Assembly (NCBI GenBank): GCA_041615815.1
Contig: JBFJCP010000001.1
Coordinates: 96,001 to 160,000, forward strand
DNA length: 64,000 nucleotides
DNA from: Gemmatimonadales bacterium
Lineage (GTDB): Bacteria; Gemmatimonadota; Gemmatimonadetes; Gemmatimonadales; GWC2-71-9
Reading direction: 5' to 3'
Below the pieces are notes generated by a model. It saw only the letters and a program-made list of their open reading frames with translations. It had not been told where the DNA came from and did no database searches. Below, piece by piece: positions 57,271-64,000 of the stretch; within the stretch, counting starts at the first letter, position 1; every line of letters begins with the position of its first letter. The translations under genes were made by a program, and so were the position numbers.

Positions 57271-57678
57271 GTGAACTTCGGTGAGGGGCGTGACCCGGCA
57301 CCGTGTCCGGCCTGTCGCCGGACGGGATTCTACGGTCCCCGCTTCGAAGATCCAGACCGCCGCTATCGCGCATGCCGATTCTGCGGCTTCACCCAAGACG
57401 TCGACGGTCCACCATTGTGGTATCGATCCGTGGTCCATGGCTGCGCGCCCTGGCCCACCTGCGCCAAGGCGCCGTACATCTGGTGGGTGGCCCCAGGCGC
57501 GAAGACGTTCGAATGTCCGTTCTGCCGTGATACCGCGGAGGTCGTGCAGTTTGCCATCACGGCTCCCGGAGACGACCCGCACCATCCGTGGTGGAAGGTG
57601 CCGCAACGGCGCAAGCGCTCGTACTACGTGCGTTTCTGGGAGAATTGGGACCCCACCAAGGGGCGCGTCTACCTGTAG
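57271..57678 (+). CDS. Cys/Trp-rich hypothetical protein (zinc-finger-like)
   Basis: CPAC, CRFC, HGC..C, CPFC; start uncertain (57157 or 57271). Confidence 0.6.
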   Translation: MNFGEGRDPAPCPACRRTGFYGPRFEDPDRRYRACRFCGFTQDVDGPPLWYRSVVHGCAPWPTCAKAPYIWWVAPGAKTFECPFCRDTAEVVQFAITAPGDDPHHPWWKVPQRRKRSYYVRFWENWDPTKGRVYL

Positions 57679-57957
57679 CCGGCGCCGCTGGCCCCGGTCA
57701 TCTTTGCCGTCCCCGAGCTCCGACACCGCCCGTGAAATTCGCGGGCGGTTCGTTGTGATCCTCCCTCCGCCCGAGCGAGCGCTGACCTTTTTTCGGCAAC
57801 TTGCCGCACCTCAGCCCCACGACTAACCTTAGGCGGCGCCGGCCCTGAGCCGCTGCTGGGGCGCGGTGTTTCGAGCCAGACCCCGCCTCAAGATCGCTAT
57901 GACTACCAACCGACGAACCGGCGTCCGGCGTCGATCGGACGAGAGTGGAGATTGCCG

Positions 57958-59175
57958 ATGAGTGGTGCCCGCATTCAATGGCAAAACGGGCGCTTCGTCG
58001 TTCCCGCGGATCCCATCATCCCGTTCATCGAAGGGGACGGCATTGGCCCGGATATCTGGCGGGCGGCGCAGCGCGTGTTCGACGCAGCGGTCGATGAAGT
58101 AGGCGGAGGCAAACGGCGGGTCCACTGGCTGGAAGTACTCGCTGGCGAGAAAGCCAACCGTGAGACCGGTGAGTGGCTGCCCCAGGCGACGCTCGATGCG
58201 ATTCGCGAACACCGGATTGCCATCAAAGGGCCCTTGACGACGCCCGTTGGCGGCGGGATCCGCTCATTAAACGTGACACTCCGCCAAGTGCTCGATCTGT
58301 ATGCGTGCGTCCGGCCCGTGCGGTACTACACCGGTGTCCCCTCGCCCATGCGCGATCCCGGCAAGCTCGACGTCGTCATCTTCCGGGAGAACATCGAGGA
58401 TGTGTACGCGGGCATCGAGTACCAGGCCGGTAGCCCAGAGGCGGACCGCGTTCGGCAGTTCTTGACCGAATCCTATGGCGCCTCCATCCGCGAGCAAAGC
58501 GCGATCGGCATCAAACCCATGAGTGCCTTCAACACCAAGCGGCTGGTGGCCAAGGCCATCCAGTACGCCCTGGACCGTGGCCGCGCGTCGGTCACACTGG
58601 TGCACAAGGGCAATATCATGAAGTTCACCGAAGGCGCGTTCCGAGACTGGGGATACGAGGTCGCGCGCGAGCGCTTTGGGAGCGACACCATCCCCGAAGC
58701 GGAGCTCAGCGGTGATGCCCGCGGGCGTGTGATCATGAAGGATCGCATTGCCGACGCCATGTTCCAGCAGATTCTGCTCCGGCCCGGTGAGTACGACGTC
58801 ATTGCGACTCCCAATCTGAACGGCGACTACCTATCCGATGCAGCGGCCGCCCAGGTGGGTGGTCTCGGCATGGCGCCGGGCGGTAACATGGGCGATGGAT
58901 ACGCGGTGTTCGAAGCGACCCACGGCACCGCACCGAAGTACGCGGGCCAAGACAAGGTGAACCCCAGTAGCGTGATGCTGTCCGGCGTCATGATGTTCGA
59001 GGAGCTGGGATGGCGCGACGTGGGCGAGGCGATCGTCAAAGGTCTCGAGGGAGCCATCACCGCCGGCACGGTCACGTATGATCTCGCACGACAATTACCC
59101 GGGTCCACCAAAGTCCCCACGTCAGGATTCGCCGATGCCGTGATCGCGCACATGACGAAGGCAGTCGCCGCGTGA
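57958..59175 (+). CDS. icd: NADP-dependent isocitrate dehydrogenase
   Basis: [51 protein letters not shown]. Confidence 0.96.
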   Translation: MSGARIQWQNGRFVVPADPIIPFIEGDGIGPDIWRAAQRVFDAAVDEVGGGKRRVHWLEVLAGEKANRETGEWLPQATLDAIREHRIAIKGPLTTPVGGGIRSLNVTLRQVLDLYACVRPVRYYTGVPSPMRDPGKLDVVIFRENIEDVYAGIEYQAGSPEADRVRQFLTESYGASIREQSAIGIKPMSAFNTKRLVAKAIQYALDRGRASVTLVHKGNIMKFTEGAFRDWGYEVARERFGSDTIPEAELSGDARGRVIMKDRIADAMFQQILLRPGEYDVIATPNLNGDYLSDAAAAQVGGLGMAPGGNMGDGYAVFEATHGTAPKYAGQDKVNPSSVMLSGVMMFEELGWRDVGEAIVKGLEGAITAGTVTYDLARQLPGSTKVPTSGFADAVIAHMTKAVAA

Positions 59176-60662
59176 AGTCGTCGGTCCGCGTCGTACCGCT
59201 CGAGCGGGTGCGGGCTCCGGTGCTGGCCGTGGCGATCGGCGAGCTCGGCAACCGGAAGGTCCCGACGACGTTGCTGAGCTTGGATCGCAACGCGGACGGG
59301 GATATCGGTCGAGCATTTGCCAGCGGGGACTTCACGGGCCGCCGCCACCAAACCCTGGTGGTGTATCCGCGCCGCGGCGCGGATCGCGTCCTACTGGTGG
59401 GGTTGGGCAAGCAAGAGGAGATCACCCGCGGCGCGATCCGCGGGGCGGCCACGGTGGCGGCCCGAAAGGCGATCGATCTCGAGGCCCCCGCGATGGCCTT
59501 TCACGTGGCCGCCGAGACCCATGGAGGCGTCAACGCAGAGGCCATTGGCCAGGTGGCCACCGAGGGCGCGGCACAGGGGGCGTGGCGATTCACCGATCTC
59601 AAAGCCACCGAGAAGAAAACCCGTCTGGGCCAGCTCGATCTGATCAGTACTAAGGAAGAGCGCGCGGCGATGGAGCGCGGCCGCAAGGTGGGCGCCGCCA
59701 CCGCCATCGGGCAGCGATTGGCCCGGAACCTCCAGATGTTGCCCTCCAACGTCTGCACCCCCACCTACTTGGCGGGGGTTGCCCGCGATCTGGGCAAGGC
59801 CTACGGCTACAAGGTCACCGCGCTCAACCGCACCAACATCGAGAAGGCCGGTATGAACGCGCTCCTGGCGGTCGCCCAGGGATCGGCACAGGAGCCGCGG
59901 TTCATCGTTCTCGAGTATCGCGGCGCGGGGGCGCGCCAGCAGCCGCTCTGTTTCGTCGGCAAGGGCGTCACCTTCGATTCCGGAGGCATCTCGATCAAGC
60001 CCGCCGACAAGATGGAAGAGATGAAGTACGATATGTCCGGCGCCGCGGCCGTGCTCGGTCTGTTCGAAACCTTGGCACACCTCAAACCCAAAGTGAATGT
60101 GGTCGGACTCGTGCCGGCGACGGAGAATCTCCCCTCCGGCACCGCCGTCAAGCCGGGAGACGTGATCCGAAGCCACTATGGCAAGACGATCGAGATCATC
60201 AACACCGACGCCGAAGGTCGCCTCATTCTGGCGGATGCCCTGTCCTACGCCCGACGCTTCAAGCCCGCGTGCGTGATCGACGCGGCAACACTCACGGGGG
60301 CGATCGTCATCGCGTTGGGGCATCACGCGGTTGGGTTGATGGGCAACGACGACCATCTGCTGGAAGAAGTGGCACACGCTGGCGCCCTCGCCGGCGAACG
60401 GTGCTGGGCGCTCCCGTTGTGGGACGAGTATCGGGAGCAACTCAAATCGGATGTGGCCGACGTCAAGAATACCGGCGGACGGCCGGGCAGCTCGATCACC
60501 GCAGGGTGGTTCCTCCGCGAGTTCGTCGCGTCGTTCCCCTGGGCCCATCTCGACATTGCCGGTACCGCCTATACGGACACCGACCGTCCGACCATGAGCA
60601 AGGGCCCGACTGGCGTGGGCGTGCGTCTGTTCACGGAATTCGTCCTCGGACGCGCGGGGTGA
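59172..60662 (+). CDS. pepA: leucyl aminopeptidase (M17)
   Basis: [35 protein letters not shown]. Confidence 0.96.
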   Translation: MKSSVRVVPLERVRAPVLAVAIGELGNRKVPTTLLSLDRNADGDIGRAFASGDFTGRRHQTLVVYPRRGADRVLLVGLGKQEEITRGAIRGAATVAARKAIDLEAPAMAFHVAAETHGGVNAEAIGQVATEGAAQGAWRFTDLKATEKKTRLGQLDLISTKEERAAMERGRKVGAATAIGQRLARNLQMLPSNVCTPTYLAGVARDLGKAYGYKVTALNRTNIEKAGMNALLAVAQGSAQEPRFIVLEYRGAGARQQPLCFVGKGVTFDSGGISIKPADKMEEMKYDMSGAAAVLGLFETLAHLKPKVNVVGLVPATENLPSGTAVKPGDVIRSHYGKTIEIINTDAEGRLILADALSYARRFKPACVIDAATLTGAIVIALGHHAVGLMGNDDHLLEEVAHAGALAGERCWALPLWDEYREQLKSDVADVKNTGGRPGSSITAGWFLREFVASFPWAHLDIAGTAYTDTDRPTMSKGPTGVGVRLFTEFVLGRAG

Positions 60663-62437
60663 CGGGTTGCAGGCGAACGCTCTCGTTCGTCGCGCCGTTT
60701 CTCGTCGCCGTCCTCGTCTCCCGCGCTGCGAGCGCGCAGGATACGACGCTCGCGCAGGATACGCTCCTCCTCGATACCGTCCCGCCACGTCCCACGGCCG
60801 TCGCCATCAAAGCGCCCGAGACACCTGATGGACCACTGCCACCCGGCAGTCGCTACGTCTTCACTCGAGATTCCTTGGTTTGGTCCGGCGCTTGGACGCT
60901 CAGCGATCTCATGGGCGACATTCCCGGGGTGTACATCGCCCGGGCGGGCTTTCTCGGACTTCCGGAGTACGTCGCGTATGCGGGTCGTGGGGCGGACGCC
61001 GTCGAACTCTACTGGGACGGTCTCCGCATGGAGCCAGTCGGCACCGACACGCTCTTCGCGGATTTGACGCGGATCCCGCTCGCGCTCCTCCGTCGCGTCG
61101 AAATCGAAGTCTTGCCAACGAGTCTCCGCGTCTATCTGGTCAGCGAACGCCACGAGCGGCTGGCCCCCCGATCGGTGATCGGCGTGGGAAGCGGCAGGTT
61201 CTCGACAGCCGCCTTCACCGGCATGTTCCAACACCGCTGGGCCAGTGGTTTCGAGATCACCACTGCCGCGGATTTCTTGAGCACCAACGGCGTAGGCAAC
61301 CCCAACCGGAGCGACCAAGGCTTCGACATCTTCGCCAAGTTCGGCTGGATCCCCCGACCCAATCTGGGCGCCGAATACCAGATCCGGCGCCAGGATCACG
61401 ACCGGGACCCGCTCACCACCGACGCCGGGGTGCTCGGCGTGCCGGAACGCCGCGGCTCCCGCACCGATGTGCTGTTCACGATGTTCGCCGGCACCCGTGC
61501 GGACGGTCTGGGACTCCGCGTGGAAGGCGGTTTGGGCATCAGTGCATGGGATCCCGATTCCGGATCGGTCGTGTCGGATCAGCGGGTCCGCCGCGCGTAT
61601 CTCGAGACCGGTCACCGGGGCGCGACGTGGAACGTCTCGGTGCGTGGCACCGTGGGAGACGCCCGCACTCTGGGAAGCGTGGAGGGACGCGTGGGGTGGG
61701 TCCCACTTTCCGGTATCGTGCTCTCCGGCGACGGCCGTTGGGCGCGGCACGATGGCGATCGCACCTCCAGCCGGTTCCACGGCGCGGCCGGGATCTACTA
61801 CGGCCCGTTGTCCCTCGTCGGCGAGGTCAGTATCGCGGAGGCCGTCCAGGCGCCCGCACTGCTCGCGGATCCGGTGCAACGGACCGTGGATCGAGCGGTC
61901 AAACTGGCACTGAACACTCCCCGACTCGCCGGGCATGTGCGGGTGGTGCAGCGCGACGCCTACGCTCCGCTCGCCTTCCCGGATCTCCCGGCTGCGACGT
62001 TCGATCCCGCAGTCGAGACCACCGTGCTCACTGCGGCGCTGGAGCTCCGACCATTCACCCCCCTCACCATCAGTGGATGGTACGCCGACGCCGTCGACGG
62101 CGCGCTCGCCGACTTTGAACCGCCGCAGCATTGGCGCGGTGCCGTCACCTTCCGATCGAAGTTCTGGCCCACGTTCCGCAGCGGCACGTTCGATCTCAAG
62201 CTCGAGATAGCCCTGGAATCGTGGGGAGCGGGCATCGCCGGTCGGGATGCAAATGGAATCTCGATGGTGCTCCCAGCGGCAACCCTCCAACAACTCCTCC
62301 TCGAGTTTCAGCTGGGAGGCTTCACCGGCTTTTGGCAGATGCGCAATGCAGGGAATCAGACGACGCAGTACGTGCCGGGTTTCCCGTACCCGCTTTCGGC
62401 GCAGACCTTCGGCGTCAAGTGGGTCTTTGCCAACTAG
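60659..62437 (+). CDS. TonB-dependent receptor-like outer membrane protein (plug + beta-barrel)
   Basis: Signal peptide, plug motifs LSDLMGDIPGV, YWDG, RVEIEV; beta-strand-rich with terminal FGVKWVF; GTG 60659. Confidence 0.75.
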   Translation: MTGCRRTLSFVAPFLVAVLVSRAASAQDTTLAQDTLLLDTVPPRPTAVAIKAPETPDGPLPPGSRYVFTRDSLVWSGAWTLSDLMGDIPGVYIARAGFLGLPEYVAYAGRGADAVELYWDGLRMEPVGTDTLFADLTRIPLALLRRVEIEVLPTSLRVYLVSERHERLAPRSVIGVGSGRFSTAAFTGMFQHRWASGFEITTAADFLSTNGVGNPNRSDQGFDIFAKFGWIPRPNLGAEYQIRRQDHDRDPLTTDAGVLGVPERRGSRTDVLFTMFAGTRADGLGLRVEGGLGISAWDPDSGSVVSDQRVRRAYLETGHRGATWNVSVRGTVGDARTLGSVEGRVGWVPLSGIVLSGDGRWARHDGDRTSSRFHGAAGIYYGPLSLVGEVSIAEAVQAPALLADPVQRTVDRAVKLALNTPRLAGHVRVVQRDAYAPLAFPDLPAATFDPAVETTVLTAALELRPFTPLTISGWYADAVDGALADFEPPQHWRGAVTFRSKFWPTFRSGTFDLKLEIALESWGAGIAGRDANGISMVLPAATLQQLLLEFQLGGFTGFWQMRNAGNQTTQYVPGFPYPLSAQTFGVKWVFAN

Positions 62438-62500
62438 GCACGTTTTGACGGCTCTTCCGGGTCCCGCTAGCTTTGGCGGCCAGCGGGACGAAAGGAGCGA

Positions 62501-63382
62501 GTGACGGTGCCCAGGTCCATGACCGGCTACGGAGCAGTCGAGGGTCCGCTGGCCGGCGGCCACCTCGCCATTGAGATCCGCACCGTCAACCATCGGCACT
62601 TCAGCGCGCAGATCCGCGTGCCCCCCGCGCTGCAGTTTCTCGAACCGGAGCTGCGCAACCGTCTGCGACGACGGATCGAGCGAGGTCAGGTCTCGCTCAC
62701 CGCTCGCTGGACCGACGAGCCACCGGACGCCGCGCGGGTGCGCGTGAACATTCACCGCGCGCGGGCCATCGTACGCGCGCTGGAAGACCTGCAGGCCACG
62801 CTCGACCTTCCCGGTCAGATCGATCTCACGTTCGTCGCCCGCCAGCCCGACGTACTGACCACCGGCGAGCCGGCCGCAGTGGAAGTCGGCGAGGAGGACC
62901 TCAGCCGCCTGCTGGATCACGCCATCGACGAGCTCACCGATATGCGCGAGGGTGAGGGCAGGGCACTCGCGAACGAGTTGGAGCGACTCCTTACCGAGAT
63001 GGAGACTCACCTCGATCGTGTGACGGGACGGGCACCCGAGCGCCTTGGAGCGGAGCGGGAACGCCTGCGCCGGTCGGTGCGCGATCTCTTGGACGGAGCA
63101 TCGCCCAACGAGGAACGCCTGGCGCAGGAGATCGCCCTCCTCGCGGACAAGCTGGATATCACCGAGGAGCTCGTTCGGTTGCGAACACATATGCGCGCGT
63201 TTCGCACGATGCTGGAGGAGAACGGCGCCGTGGGTCGTCGGCTGGCGTTTCTCGGGCAAGAAATGCTTCGCGAGACGAACACGATCGGCTCCAAGGCCAA
63301 CGACGCCGAGATCACACAATCGGTCGTGGCGATCAAGGGGGAACTCGAAAAGCTTCGCGAGCAGGTGGAGAATCTCGAGTAA
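62501..63382 (+). CDS. yicC: YicC/YloC family endoribonuclease
   Basis: SMTGYG, VNHRH, DITEELVRL, GRRL.FL.QEM.RE.NTIGSK, REQVENLE. Confidence 0.93.
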   Translation: MTVPRSMTGYGAVEGPLAGGHLAIEIRTVNHRHFSAQIRVPPALQFLEPELRNRLRRRIERGQVSLTARWTDEPPDAARVRVNIHRARAIVRALEDLQATLDLPGQIDLTFVARQPDVLTTGEPAAVEVGEEDLSRLLDHAIDELTDMREGEGRALANELERLLTEMETHLDRVTGRAPERLGAERERLRRSVRDLLDGASPNEERLAQEIALLADKLDITEELVRLRTHMRAFRTMLEENGAVGRRLAFLGQEMLRETNTIGSKANDAEITQSVVAIKGELEKLREQVENLE

Positions 63383-64000
63383 TGGCTTTCCTCGTCGTGC
63401 TCTCCGCTCCGTCCGGTGGGGGGAAAACCACCATCGCTCGGGCGCTCATCGCGCAGCGCACGGATGTGGGGTACAGCGTGTCGGCCACGACTCGCCCACT
63501 TCGGTCCGGCGAAACGGAGGGTGTCGACTATCACTACTTGTCGGGCACCGAGTTTCACCGGCGGGTCGAAGCGGGAGCGTTTCTCGAGTGGGCGCGGTAC
63601 GGAGGTCACCTCTACGGCACCCTGGAGAACGAGGTCAACCGGATTCTCGCCACCGGACGGCACGTGCTGCTGGATATCGAGGTCCAAGGTGCCAACCAAG
63701 TGCGGCAGCGCCGGGGCGACGTTGTGAGTATCTTTATCCTCCCTCCGACGGCTGACGTCCTGCTCCAGCGCCTTCGGGCCCGCAAACGGGAGGACGACGC
63801 GCAAATTCGGGAACGCCTGCTGCAGGCGATCGCCGAACTGAGCGAGGCTGGGAGCTACGATTTCGTGGTCGTCAACGACGAACTAGACGCAGCGGTGGCG
63901 GAGGTAGGGACCATCATCGACGCGGAAGCGAAACGGATTATGCGCGCGGCGGGGCTCGCCGAGCGCATTGCCACGTTACAACAGGGTCTACGGCGGGCCG
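63382..64000 (+). CDS. gmk: guanylate kinase, 3'-truncated by window end
   Basis: MAFLVVLSAPSGGGKTT, SVSATTR, GVDYHY, YGT, LDIEVQGA; TAATG coupling with yicC; absent from the ORF track because it lacks a stop. Confidence 0.95.
   Translation, partial: MAFLVVLSAPSGGGKTTIARALIAQRTDVGYSVSATTRPLRSGETEGVDYHYLSGTEFHRRVEAGAFLEWARYGGHLYGTLENEVNRILATGRHVLLDIEVQGANQVRQRRGDVVSIFILPPTADVLLQRLRARKREDDAQIRERLLQAIAELSEAGSYDFVVVNDELDAAVAEVGTIIDAEAKRIMRAAGLAERIATLQQGLRRA

Noticed and set aside
60569..63319. 916-aa minus-strand ORF (similarly 47113..49026, 24235..25779, 2041..3696, 36513..38117)
   Set aside because: Antisense shadows of well-supported genes; long stop-free reverse frames are expected at this GC content and carry no family motifs
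1..64000. CRISPR array, rRNA, transposase or integrase
   Set aside because: No regularly spaced direct repeats, rRNA-like sequence, or DDE/tyrosine/serine recombinase motifs seen

Overview
GC-rich bacterial chromosome segment, probably Gemmatimonadota (inferred from gene content, e.g. the long Ser/Thr kinase type; not proven). About 60 CDSs, one tRNA-Leu(CAA), and no CRISPR array, rRNA, transposase or integrase. Housekeeping and metabolic blocks: an Atu/Liu-like acyl-CoA carboxylase operon, nfeD-floA, rne/rng-rplU-rpmA, a TetR-controlled BoxB/Paa-like aromatic acyl-CoA catabolic operon, an ECF sigma triad and icd-pepA-yicC-gmk. Two loci stand out. (1) ~10-18 kb: a bacterial homolog of the archaeal tetraether lipid synthase Tes/GDGT-MAS clustered with two B12-binding radical SAM enzymes (one HpnR-like), a PlsC acyltransferase and a degenerate acyl-CoA-ligase-like protein, a candidate membrane-spanning/branched-GDGT lipid biosynthesis locus. 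(2) ~41-47 kb: a class V-type lanthipeptide (RiPP) cluster with a 55-aa precursor (C-x4-T / C-x4-S core between a leader and a helical tail), a HopA1/LanY lyase, a kinase-LanC fusion and a divergent Cys-His-Asp enzyme. All family assignments come from motif recognition by eye; no searches were run.
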